DNA of 64,000 nt, taken from Eledone cirrhosa (lineage: Eukaryota). Positions 51,150 through 63,239 of the stretch are shown one piece after another. The number at the start of each line of letters is the position of its first letter. The first letter of the stretch is position 1. The stretch is taken from positions 51,832,001 through 51,896,000 of the forward strand of contig OZ024743.1 of assembly GCA_964016885.1 (NCBI GenBank), given 5' to 3'. Both the position numbers and the translations under genes were made by a program. Below the pieces are notes generated by a model that saw only the letters and a list, made by a program, of their open reading frames with translations, did not search any database and had not been told where the DNA came from.

Positions 51150-52710
51150 TGGGGGGGGGGGGGGTTATGTGGGGCGGGGGGTGAGGTTTATGTGTATGTG
51201 TGAGTGTGTGTGTGTGGGGGGTATTTGTATGCGGGGGGGGGGGTTATGTGTATGTGGGGGTGAGAGGTTTATGTGTATGTGGGGGGTGAGAGGTTTATGT
51301 GTATGTGGGGAGGTGTTTATGTGTATGTGTGTGTGTGTGTGTTGGTGGTGGTGGTGGTGGTGGTGGTGGGGGGGGTTATGTATGTGTGAGGGTTTACTCT
51401 TTTTTTTATTTATGTTTGAATGCTGTATAGATTTGTATGTGTATATATTATGTTTCTGAGTATGAATGTGTATCTGTGTGTAGAGAGAGTGTGGTCATGT
51501 GTGTGTGTGTGTATGTGTATGTCTGTATGAGTGTGGTCAGGTGTGTGTGTGTGTGTCTATGTGTATGTATGTATGAGTGTGGTTATGTGTGTGTATGTAT
51601 ATGTATGAGTGTGGTTATGTGTGTGTGTGTTCATGAAGGACTCATTAACATCATTTTGTACAATTGGCAAGTAGAGTATATGGTGTTGTTGTTGTTGTTG
51701 CTGATGATATTGGTAATGGTGGTGGTGGTGGTGGTGGTCGTCGTGGTAGTAGTGGTGTAGCTGGTAGTGGTGTTGTTGGTGGTGATGGTATTGGTAGTGG
51801 TGGTGGTGATGGTGTTGGTATTGGTGGTGGTGATGGTGTTGGTAGTGGTGGTGGTGGTGGTGATGGTGTTGGTAATGGTGATGGTGTTGGTAGTGGTGGT
51901 GGTGATGGTGTTGGTAATGGTGGTGGTGATGGTGTTGGTAATGGTGGTGGTGGTGGTGGTGTTGGTATTGGTGATGGTGTTGGTAATGGTGGTGGTGATG
52001 GTGTTGGTAGTGGTGGTGGTGATGGTGTTGGTAATGGTGGTGGTGATGGTGTTGGTAATGGTGGTGGTGATGGTGTTGGTAGTGGTGGTGGTGATGGTGT
52101 TGGTAATGGTGGTGGTGATGGTGTTGGTAATGGTGGTGGTGATGGTGTTGGTAGTGGTGGTGGTGATAGTGTTGGTACTGGTGGTGGTGATGGTATTGGT
52201 AGTGGTGGTGGTGATGGTGTTGGTGTTGGTGTTGGTAGTGGTGGTGGTGATGATGGTGGTGGTGTTGTTGGTGGTGATATTGTTGGTGGTGATATTGTTG
52301 GTGGTAGTGTTGTTGGTGGTGATATTGGTAATGGTGGTGATGATGGTGGTGGTGGTGGTGATGGTGTTGTTGTTGGTGGTGTTGTTGGTAGTGGTGGTGG
52401 TGATATTGGTAATGGTGGTGGTGATGGTGTTGGTGGTGGTGTTGGTGATGGTGGTGGTGTTGGTGATGGTGGTGGTGTTGGTGATGGTGTTGGTAATGGT
52501 GGTGGTGATGGTGTTGATTGTGGTGGTGGTGTTGATAGTGGTGGTGGTGATGGTGGTGGTGGTGGTGGTGTTGGTGTTGGTGATGGTGGTGGTGTTGGTG
52601 TTGGCGGTGGTGGTGGTGGTGGTGATGGTGTTGGTAGTGGTGGTGGTGATGGTGTTGGTAGTGGTGTTGTTGGTGGTGATATTGGCAGTGGTGTTAGTGG
52701 TGGTGATGAT
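51150..52710. repeat. (TG)n then (GGT)n low-complexity tract
   Basis: Direct inspection. Confidence 0.95.
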
Positions 52711-53089
52711 ATTTATTTTTCAATGTGTAGAAATGCAAGATAAAATACTACTGACACAGTGTAAACTGTAATTAAATGGCCAGTGTTGTTTAGGTGTAAT
52801 TAACATACAGAACATGACAGCTGGGAGGGGGAGGATAAAAAATTAAAAATAAAGACACAAACACATAAAACAGCTAAGAAAAATACACAAGACAAATTAC
52901 AACAACAACAACAACAACAACAGTTATGGAGTAGGTGCCTGTATGTATAAACGTGATTTAAATTAATCAGATTAATTATGTCAGGTCTGTCATAAATTAC
53001 TAATGTGTGTAGTTGTGGCTGTTTAGGTGGTTGTATGCATGTAAATGTGTAACATTGCACACAAGTGTCTGTATATGAGTTTGCACATG

Positions 53090-53665
53090 TACAAAGTCTG
53101 TCGAAAAAGTATCCAACTTTAGGCTGGAAAGAATAAATTACATATTTAGTGGGGTTCAATCACTAATAACCTTTAAAGTAAACCTCTTGTACTTCCACAT
53201 ATTTAGCCCAGCAACCCTTTCACTGTTCAAAACATATCTAGAATGTTCCTTTCAGACAGGCTCTCAGCTCTGCCATCATAGTCTACCTAACTATCAAAGA
53301 CATCAGCCTCAGCCATCTCTAGAACCTGGCAAGTGATCAAAATGTCTTTCTTTACCAAGAGAACTTGAATCAGCTGTAACAAATGAGCAGGTGCATTGTT
53401 GTGATGCAGCTGCCATTTTTGAAAGGCTCATATATCCTGGTCTCTTGCACCAAATTGCATCACAAAGATGTTGGAGGATTTCCTCATAGTACTCCTTTGT
53501 AAATGTGTATATATGATGCACAATGTCTTGGTAGTCAAAGAAAACAGTCACCATCACCTTGATTTTACTCCACACCTGACATGCTTTTTTGAACTTTGAT
53601 GACATTGGGTGCTTCCACTGTGATGACAGAGCCTTGGTTTCCAGGTTGTACTCGTACACCTATGT
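53090..53665 (-). mobile_element. Mariner transposase relic with one TIR
   Basis: YEYNLETKALSSQWKHP...KIKVMVTVFFD...YYEEILQHL and HHNNAPAH in a shifted frame. TA plus CAAAGTCTGTCGAAAAAGTATCC is TIR-like at 53090. Confidence 0.85.
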
Positions 53666-54165
53666 CTCATTTGTTAGTAGTATCAGACAAAGTAGTACAG
53701 CATCTCACATGCTGCCTGACAGTAACTGATACATCCAGTGATCTCACCAAAAACAATGCCGCTCGTGAATGTGTGTGGCAACACTGACTTTTGTCTCCTT
53801 AATGAAACAATACCAGCCAAAGTTTCCTATTTAGATTAAGATCTTCCAACATAATTTGAAATAAGAACCATATGTTAAGTTATCTTAGTAATGAAATAAT
53901 AATGTTGGTAAATCCCTCAAAATTCTTCATTAATTGAAATAGCATGGATTTCATTAGAAATGCAGTCATAAAAGGATTAATAATGAAACAGTTACTTACA
54001 TTATTAAGTCCTTTCAAATTCTTCATTATTTTCAAAACCATTTGAAAATAATGATTTTCAAATGGAGTAAATAAAACAAAATCAAAATGAAAAGGAGACA
54101 CAGAGGAGCAAGAATAGTCATTGAGGAGGTCACAGAATGAGTGACAATACTAATCAAAGAATGGA

Positions 54166-54600
54166 TTAGTTACCTAATTAATAATTCTTCTTAACAAGGC
54201 CAGTAATTTTGAGGAAGGGAAAAATTGGTTATATCAACCCTAGTACTTGACTGGTATATTATTAACACCAGTGAGATGAAAGGCAGAGTGAAACATGGCA
54301 GGACCAATAAATACCACAAATCATTTGGTTTTACACTACTCATACTGCCAATCCACTGGCCTAGTTACCAAACTAATAATGGTTTCTTATATAGGCCAGC
54401 AACTTTGGGGGGAAGTCAATTAAATTGACCCCAGTGCGTGACTGGTACTTTATTTTATCGACCCCGTAAGGATGAAAGGCAAAGTTAACCTCGGCGGGAT
54501 TTGAACTCAGACCATAAGGGACCGTAACTCTTGCTGCAAAGCATGGCGTCTGACCCTCTACTTACCGCTAATCTACTGGCCTAGTTACCGAATTAATAAT
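54166..54600 (-). mobile_element. Two tandem SINE copies (an old one and a younger one) sharing duplicated flanks
   Basis: TAGTTACC.AA.TAATAAT recurs at ~54167, 54362 and 54582 around two Deu/Nin-type SINE bodies. Confidence 0.7.
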
Positions 54601-54989
54601 AAAATGGAAGTGACAATTTATTGGTGCCTGTGTTTTAGTAGGTAGCATGACCCTACCAAAGTATAACAATATCTATTTCAACACATGAAAGTATTAAATC
54701 AATTCAGTTCAACTGAAGGTTACATTAATTAGAATATTTTTCAAACTTTCATTCTTTAATCTCAGGCCATAATCTAAGTGTGTTTTCACACTTTTCTGTT
54801 TATATGTAAGTTCAAGGTTACATAATGAAGATCTAGATGCACGCTGACTCCGGGTCACTCCTACTCACCCCCTATCCACCACCATTCGACTAGCTGTTTG
54901 GTAGACATGACCCTTTTCCTTTTCCCCTTTGTTTACACACTTACACCCACACGTATAATCCTACAACACAAATGTCAATTCGCTACTCT

Positions 54990-55612
54990 GCAAACGTACA
55001 AAAGGACGGCTGTATGACATCTGTGTGTGGGGCGCGATGCTGCATGGTAGTGAAACATGGGCTATGACTGCAGAGGACATGTGGTGCTACATGGTAGTGA
55101 AACATGGGCTATGACTGCAGAGGACATGTGGTGCTACATGGTAGTGAAACATGGGCTATGACTGCAGAGGACATGTGGTGCTACATGGTAGTGAAACAGT
55201 GGCTGTGACTGTAGAGAACATGTGTAGGCTGGAGAGAAATGAATCAACTGTGCTTTGTTGTATGTGCAATGTAAATGTGAGAGAAAGGTTAAGCTTGGTG
55301 AGGTAAGGGAGAAGCTGGGCTTAAGAGGAATCCGAGGTGGTGTGCAGGAGAGAAGACTGTGTTGGTATGAACATGTGATGTGGATGGACAAAAACCGATG
55401 GATGAAGAAATCTCAGTGGAAGGAAGCCGCAGTAGAGGAAGACCAAGAAAGACCTGGGCAGAGATTGTGAGAGCTGACTTCAAATCACTAAGACTGGCAG
55501 AGGAGATAACAAAGGAACACAAATGGAGAGATGCTGTGCTGAGAAGGACCTGTCCAACCCATGCCAGCACGGAAAAGTGGACATAAAAACGATGATGATG
55601 ATGATAATGATG
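54990..55612 (+). mobile_element. RTE LINE 3' fragment (second subfamily) with an internal 47-bp tandem repeat of ~4 copies
   Basis: KGRLYD.CV..AMLHGSETW (repeated), ERRLCWYEHV, GRPRKTW and a (GAT)n tail. Confidence 0.85.
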
Positions 55613-56749
55613 AATGTCATTACATCCCACGGGGGAAAATGTCAGATAACTTTTCAACAGACCTTATATGTGTATGTTGACATGAGTATCAATGTGTGTC
55701 TGTTTGCAAACATGTGTATGTATACATATGTTTTCATGAGTGTGTGTGTGTACATATATTTGCATCATGGCCTGTTTATGAGATCAAATCCAGCTGAGGT
55801 CAATTTTGTCATCCTTTCAGGTTCAATAAAATATGAACTAGTCAAGTGCTGGGATTGATATAATTGATTTTCCCCTCTACTCATATTGCTGGCTTTGTGC
55901 CTATGCTAGAAACAATTATTAAGATGATATTTGGAACATAACTTCACAAAGGTTCTTACATAAAATTATGATGGAAGGTTTTTAGATAAATATAAACACT
56001 TTAATCTATTTATCATATTTTTAATGAAAGACACTTCCTATGATTTTCAAATAATGACTAACTTTCTTATTATTAAGCTGGTGTTTGGAACATAACTTAA
56101 CAAAATGTCTCACATGAAATGATGATAGAAAATTTTTAGATAAATATAAACATTTAAAATTAAACAGTTTTATATCACAAAACTATGGTGGAGTTGAAGC
56201 AGTTTGGTATGAAAAAGGTTAAAGCTACTTAGTGATAGATCCATAATGGGCCAAAAGGGGTCCCAAATAGCCACTAGGAGCTACAGGCATCCACAAGAAA
56301 CCACAAGTAGCTATAAATTGCCAAAAGATACTACTTTAAGCCACAAGGGGTCAAAAGGGGAACAAGGAGCATAAATAGCCACAAGGAACTATAAGTGGCT
56401 TCCAGAATCAACAATGGACCATTAGGATCCACAAGGGCCTATAAGGAGACACAAAGAGAGGCATACTAATGATATATGAAGATAGAAAATGCCATAAATC
56501 GTTAAAAGTGCAACGATCAGATGTTTGGATTAAGTGTGATGACATCAATATGGTACCAAGATTCTGAGATTTGAATATGATGCTATCTTTAGGTACACTG
56601 CTAGACAGTGTGTAATGTGTGTTGTGCACTAGTATGTGTGATGATGTTTGTTTTCACATGTGTGTGTATATATATATATATATCATCATCGTTTAACATC
56701 CATTTTCCACGCTAGTATGGGTAGGATGGTATATATATAAATATATATA

Positions 56750-59282
56750 GAGTCGTACAAGGTAGAGGAACAGTGGGAATTCCTGAAAGCAAACCTGCTG
56801 ATGGCGGCAGACGAAATCTGTGGCTGGAGCAGGCCTGTAGGCAGGAGGAGAGTAACATGGTGGTGGAACAGTAAGGTGGAGGGGTCAATCAAGGCCAAAA
56901 AGCAGGCTTGGAAAGCATGGCGGGATAGGGGAAGTAGAGAAGACTATCAAATGGCCAGGAGGGAAGCTAGGAGACAAGTGTACTTCGCAAGAAGGGAAGC
57001 AGAGGAAAGAAAGTTCAAGCATGTTCTACAACGCGAGGACCAAAAACGTGAGGTGTTCAGGATTGCTAGGCAATGTGTCAAGGAAAACCGTGATATTGTC
57101 GGGGAGAAGTGTGTACTTAACGATGATGGCGTACTTGCCATCACCGACGCTGATAAGAAGGTAGCTTGGAAGTGTCACTACGAAAGGCTACTAAATGAGG
57201 AGAATAAATGGGAGAAAGACAGTCTCCCCCACATCGACCCAATAGAGGGACTAGCAGTGTTAGTCGAAGGTAGTATAATAAGTAAGGCAATCAAAGATAT
57301 GAAGACGGGTAAGGCGGCTGGGCCTTCGGAAATAGTTGCTGAGATGCTGAAAGCCTCTGGTACGGTGGGACACACCATGGTCACCCGGATAGTAAACCAA
57401 GTCATACAGAATGGGGTTGTTCCGAAGGACTGGCGTAGCAGCATCATCATTAACTGTTACAAGGGTAAAGGAGACGCCCTAGATAGGAGTAACTATAGAG
57501 GCATTAAATTAATCGACCAGGTCATGAAGGTCACGGAAAAAGTAATAGCGCAACTAATGAGAGAGAGAATTGATCTAGATGAAATGCAGTTCGGGTTTGT
57601 GTCAGGCAAAAGTACCACAGACGCTCTTTTCATTGTACGACAACTACAGGAGAAGTACCTAGCTAAAAGTAAACCCCTATACTTAGCTTTTGTCGACTTG
57701 GAGAAAGCCTTCAACAGAGTCCCCCGTTCCATTATCTGGTGGGCTCTTAGAAAACTAGGTGTTGACGAATGGCTTGTGAGAGCTATACAAGCCATGTATA
57801 AAGAAACAGTCAGCAAGGTTAGAATTAACAACGAATATAGTGAAGAGTTTAGCGTAAAAGTTGGTGTCCATCAGGGCTCTGTTCTTAGCCTCCTACTATT
57901 TATTATTGCCCTTCAGGCTATAACAGAGGAGCTCAAGACCGGCTGCCCATGGGAACTCTTAGACGCAGATGATCTAACGCTCATAGCTGAATCAATGGCC
58001 GAGCTAGAGAAGAAATTCCAAACATGGAAGCACGGCCTAGAATCAAAAGGCCTTAAAATTAACCTGGCTAAGACTAAAGTTCTAGTTTGTAGGAAAGAAA
58101 ATAAGGCGCCGGTCCCTCCCGGGAAATGGCCATGCTCAGTGTGTAGGAAAGGCGTAGGTAGAAACTCCATTTTATGTCCCAAATGCAAAGTATGGGTGCA
58201 TAAAAGATGTAGTGGGATCACAGGTAAGCTAACTAAGAACACAGATTTTACATGTGGCCGGTGCTCTGGTGCAATAAGTAGCAGCAAGTGCCCACAAAAT
58301 ACTAGCTCTTTCAATTGCGCAGAGGGTTCTATAGAAATAGTGGACAGCTTCCGTTACCTGGGTGACAAAATCAGCAGTGGGGGAGGGTGCTCTGAAAGTA
58401 CAGTAGCTAGAGTCAGAACTGGATGGAAAAAGTTCAGAGAGCTTATACCACTATTAGATGGATGTGTAATAGTAATATACGTGAACGGCAAAGCATAAAC
58501 GAACTAAGGAAAACATTAGAAATAAGAGGGATCAGATGTTGTTTACTCGAGAGAAGGCTACGTTGGTAAGGTCACGTGATGCGCATGAAAGACGACAGCT
58601 GTATAACAAAGTGCAGGGCAATAAAAATAGATGGTAGCCACAGAGTAGGCAGAACCCAGAAAAACCTGGGACGAGCTGATAAATTCCGACCTCACACACT
58701 TACACCTCTCCAAGACAGTGTCACTGGACCGAGACCTTTGGCGGTACTCAGTAACAGAGAAGACCCGCCTTACCTAAATACAAAGTAAAACCTACTATAG
58801 TCAGTAGGCATCTCTAACAAAATACACCCCCGTCCCACCCACCCCCACCCCATCCACACCGCCCCTTTCAATGCAAAGTTATGTTGGTGCCACAACATCC
58901 AGGCCGAAACAAATGAGATCGTGTAGGTGTCATGACAAAAAAACACACAGTCCACGCTATAATGTGGCCGTGTAGGCAACACGGTAAAAACCTCCCAGTC
59001 CCACACTGTAAATGTGGTTGGTGTTAGGAAGGGCATCCAGCTGTAGAAAACACGCCAGACAGTCCACGCTGTAATGTGGCCGTGTAGGCAACACGGTAAT
59101 AACCTCCCAGCCCCACACTGTAAATGTGGTTGGTGTTAGGAAGGGCATCCAGCTGTAGAAAACCCGCCAGACAGTCCTATGCGAGCAAGACAACCACTCT
59201 TGCCTCAAGTGGGAAAACCCCCGTCCAAACCCATGCAAGCGTGGAACATGGACGTTAAACGATGATGATGATGATGATGATG

Positions 59283-59288
<6 letters not shown>
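56750..59288 (+). mobile_element. 5'-truncated RTE LINE: RT ORF, 3' UTR, (GAT)n tail
   Basis: KAAGPSE, NYRGIKL, QFGF, AFVDLEKAF, GVHQGSVLS, DADD, FRYLG. ~110-bp tandem duplication in the UTR and TA flanks. Confidence 0.95.
56801..58498 (+). pseudogene. RTE reverse transcriptase with PHD-like Zn finger, inactivated
   Basis: YADD reads DADD. A ~140-nt deletion at ~58456 relative to the 32-kb copy causes a frameshift. Confidence 0.88.
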
Positions 59289-59354
<66 letters not shown>

Positions 59355-59554
59355 CATATATATATATACATATATATATATATAACATCATCACCATTTA
59401 ACATCCACTTTTCCATGCTAGCATGGGTTAGATGAGTGAGACAAACCAGATCAGGTGACCGTGACTTGCTCATACAGAACTGATTTTGGCTTGGCTTCTA
59501 TGGTTGGATACCCTTTCTAACATCAACCATATTTACAGTGTATATTGGGTGCTT

Positions 59555-59878
59555 TTTGTCGTGACACCTACATGACCACTTTACAGTGTTGACTGGGTGC
59601 CTTTTGTTGTGACACCTACATGACCGCTTTACAGTGTTGACTGGGTGACTTTTGTTGTGACACCGAGATGACCACTTTACAGTGTTGACTGGATGCCTTT
59701 TGTTGACACCTACATGACCACTTTACAGTGTTGACTGGGTGTCTTTTGTTGTGACAACTACATGACCACTTTACAGTGTTGACTGGGTGCCTTTTTTTGT
59801 GACACCTACATGACCACTTTACAGTGTTGACTGGGTGCCTTTTACTGTGACACCTACATGACCACTTTACAGTGTGGG
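59555..59878. repeat. ~48-bp minisatellite (6-7 copies) derived from an RTE-UTR/SINE segment
   Basis: Unit GTGACACCTACATGACCACTTTACAGTGTTGACTGGGTGCCTTTTGTT, inside a minus-strand RTE 3' end (59385-60065). Confidence 0.9.
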
Positions 59879-60190
59879 CTGGGGGATGGGGGACTGGCAA
59901 AGTGTGGGGTGTTAGGGCATGGGTGGTGTATGGGAGGAGGAAGAAAAGGAAAGTTAGAGGTATACTAGATGTATGCTTTAGCGCTTGCCCATAAGAAGGT
60001 GGGTCTTCTGTATTACTGCATAACGCCAGAGATCTCAATCTTGTGTCATCGCCTTTGAGAGGTGCAATATATATATAGAGAGTATGGGGTTAATAGACCA
60101 GGGTTGTGCTGACCACAGTATGGTCTGTCAGTTGTGAAGCAGATAAAAAGATGTGCTCAACAACCTGTATAAATGGTACAAGACGGAACA

Positions 60191-60570
60191 TTATATATTA
60201 ATAAAAGATCGGAGGCTATATTCAATTAGTTTAGGTTTATTTAAAACTCCGATATACATATTTCACTGAGGAATATCAGTTTAGATAGTCTGAGCTCTTC
60301 AGATGGCAAAACATAAAATAAACATTGAAAGTTCCTAATAAACCTTTAAATTTGGAAAAATCCAATAATTTCCCTGATACAGGGGGCCGGCCGAACGCGT
60401 GGTGTTGTTTCTCCGATGGTCGGTCCCAGCTTTATTAGGAACATTCAATGTTTATTTTAGGATTTGCTCAGGCTATCGTAACTGATAGTCCTCAGTGAAA
60501 TATGTATAATGGAGTTTTAAATAAACCTGAACTAACTGAATATGGCCTCTCATCTTTTATTGATATATAA
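60191..60570. mobile_element. Older inverted-pLTR PLE remnant with hammerhead (60249-60306, minus)
   Basis: 60191-60342 and 60431-60570 are imperfect reverse complements. The minus arm reads CCAT-CTGAAGA-GCT..AGT-GAAA-TATGTA-TA-TCGG; the other arm has ATGG but has lost CTGAAGA. Confidence 0.78.
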
Positions 60571-61184
60571 ATGAGGTTGGTCTTAGGAAGGGCATCCAGC
60601 TGTAGAAATCAAGCCAGAATCAGTTCCCGTATGAGCAAGACAAGGTCAGCCGACTGGACACTGCCCACAACAGGACAACCCGTCTAACCCATGCTAGTGT
60701 GGAAGAACAGACGTAAAACAGTGATTGGTGATGATGGTATATATATATATATAAAGAATGATGTATGGAAATGCTATAAGATAGCTTATAAAATAGGATG
60801 AAGACCTTTAAAAACAGAAGTTTCCATTGGCCCCTATGTGGAATTGAACCCCATATCTCTCAGATACTGGGTATCATCATCATCGTTTAATGTCTATCTT
60901 CCACGCTAGCATGGGTTAGACAGGAATTATTCCACTTGAGGCAAGATTGATCGAGTGACCGTGTCTTGCTCATATAGAACTGTATCTAGCAGGTTTTCTA
61001 CGGCTGGATGCCCTTCCTAACACCAACCACATTTACAGTGTGGACTGGGAGCTTTTTACGGTGTTACCTACGTGGCCACATTACAGCGTGGACTGTGTGT
61101 TTTGTCGTGACACCTACACAACCTCATTAGTTTGCACTGGATGTTGTGGTACCAACATAACTTTATAGAGAAAGAATGGGTATT

Positions 61185-61218
<34 letters not shown>

Positions 61219-61300
61219 TACATATATATGTCTATATACATACACACACACACACATATATATATACATTTACTGTCTCGCTCGTTCCCCCTATTTACGT

Positions 61301-61402
61301 ATCCCAACGACTTTCTTTAGCCGTTGCTCGCACCAACTAGAGGTATATGGTCTCTAAAGCGATGAAATACCAATGAAGGCTGGAAGATCACTGATGAAGG
61401 AC
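61301..61402 (+). ncRNA. Candidate scrambled/pseudoknotted hammerhead-like RNA motif, copy 2 (solo element between TA tracts)
   Basis: GGTAT-A-TGGTCT...GCGAT-GAA-ATACC-AATGA...AGATCA-CTGATGA-AGGAC. Confidence 0.6.
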
Positions 61403-61679
61403 TAAATTTATTCATATATATATATATATATATACATACACACACACATATATACATATATATAAAGTGGTTTGATCACTGAGACACACACGCACACATT
61501 ATATATATATATATATATATATAAATATCTAAGTCAAGTGGACAATCAGTGATCAAGGAGATCAATACATACTTAGTAGATTGACTGTATAAACTGTAGT
61601 GTGTATGTGCGGGTATGTATATGCATGTGTGGGGATTATTTCCATGTTTGTGTATGTACATCTGTGTATGCATGTTATT

Positions 61680-62070
61680 AACCATCTCGCCAACAACAAC
61701 CCTAAGCACATTTTTGATCTCCATGTGTCTAACACACGTGGACATGCCTACAAAGTCAGAAAACAGCACAGCTCCCATGACTTTCAGAAACATTTTTTCA
61801 CGCTTACAGTTGCTGAAGCATGGCACTGCCTGCGTCAGTTATTAACTGTCGAGACACTGCATCCTTTAAAACCTCCATGCTTCCCGAAATTTCACCATAA
61901 CTACACCTGATTGACACACCCCTTCCATACACATGTACACATGTGTATATCATGACTCATGCACTGTTCATTTTCCTGACGTTTTTACATTACCCTATAT
62001 ACTATACATACATTTTTGATGAGTTGTAGTGCACCTCAGCACTGTACACAATATTTTCATTATTATAATA
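61680..62070 (+). mobile_element. CR1/L2-type LINE 3' fragment
   Basis: NTRGHAYKVRKQHSSHDFQKHFFTLTVAEAW is the typical ORF2 C-terminal TRGH..FF..RV..W motif, followed by a UTR shared with 11160. Confidence 0.8.
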
Positions 62071-62208
62071 TTTTATATCTTCATGTATCTGTATGTGTGT
62101 ATGTTTATCCTTATTCATCATTATCTTACCATGTTGGGTTAGGAAGGCCATGATAGTCTGAATGAGTTACTTCCCTGATGTACGAGAAAACCACATCTCA
62201 CTTGTGCC

Positions 62209-62490
62209 CAGGGCTGAATTTAATGGAGGACCAAAGGGGCAACTGCCCCGGGCTGCCTCCACTTTCGCCAGCGATGGCCCTAGCAATTTATTTGTGCCCT
62301 CAACTGGGTTTTTTAGTTTTAGGATGGTTAGAATTTTTCTAATTGATATCTATATGTATAACTTTAGAATTCCAATTACTTGTGCCAAGCTAACTTTGAT
62401 ATGTAAAATTAGGGGTTTTGCTGTGTATTTTTGAGGGGCCCCTCCAAACCTGAAGTGCTTCAGGGCCCCTAAGGTCTGAATCAAACCCTG
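62209..62490. mobile_element. hAT-type MITE (282 bp) with 8-bp TSD
   Basis: TSD CTTGTGCC at 62201-62208 and 62491-62498. Imperfect TIR CAGGGCTGAATT / AATCAAACCCTG, with GGGGCCCC subterminal motifs. Confidence 0.88.
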
Positions 62491-62526
62491 CTTGTGCCTT
62501 CCATTTTTGACATAGTTACTATAACT

Positions 62527-62982
62527 AGATGCCCTCAATAATTGTTTCTACATTAGGCACAAGGCCAGCAATTTTGAAGGGGAGGGGAAAGTCGATTAAA
62601 TTGACCCCAGTGCATTAGTGGTGCTTTATTTTATCAACCCCGTAATGGTTGAAAGCAAAGCTAACGTTGGCAGGATTTGAACTCAGAACATAAAGGGTCA
62701 TAACTCAATGCTGCAAAGCATTGTCCAACACTCTACCGATATAGCCAATCCACCACCTTCAGATGCCCTTAATAATTGTTTCTACATTTTGGCACAAGGC
62801 CAGCAATTACTCAGTGCATTACTGGTACTTTATTTTATCAACCCCGAAAGGATGAAAGGCAAAGTTGACCTCGGCAGGAATTAAACTCGGACTGTAAGGG
62901 GCCGTAACTCTATGCTGCAAAGCATGGCGTCCGACCTTCTACCGTTACTGCCAATCCACCACCTTCAGATGCCCTTAATAAT
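62527..62982 (-). mobile_element. Two head-to-tail SINEs with a triplicated target site
   Basis: AGATGCCCTYAATAAT at 62527, 62761 and 62967 brackets two SINE bodies of different subfamilies. Confidence 0.88.
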
Positions 62983-63239
62983 AATAATGAAAATGATTGT
63001 GTAGAGACCTCAGGTGCACTACAACTCATCAAAAGTGTATGTATAGTTTTGATCATGGCCCCAACACTAGAGGGGGTTGTCATGTCCCCTAACAAGACTT
63101 AAGAGTCCTCTATACTTTACATTGTCACCATACTCTGTGCATGTTTCTATGCACACTGCACATATGTTTTACAACCAGTGTAAAAAATGTATTAGTTTTC
63201 CCACAAAGGTCAGTTGCCTATCTATGTATCTTTCTGTCT

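Noticed and set aside
51664-52771. Gly-rich and Val-rich ORFs
   Set aside because: (GGT)n low-complexity artefacts, although a Gly-rich structural exon cannot be fully excluded without RNA data.
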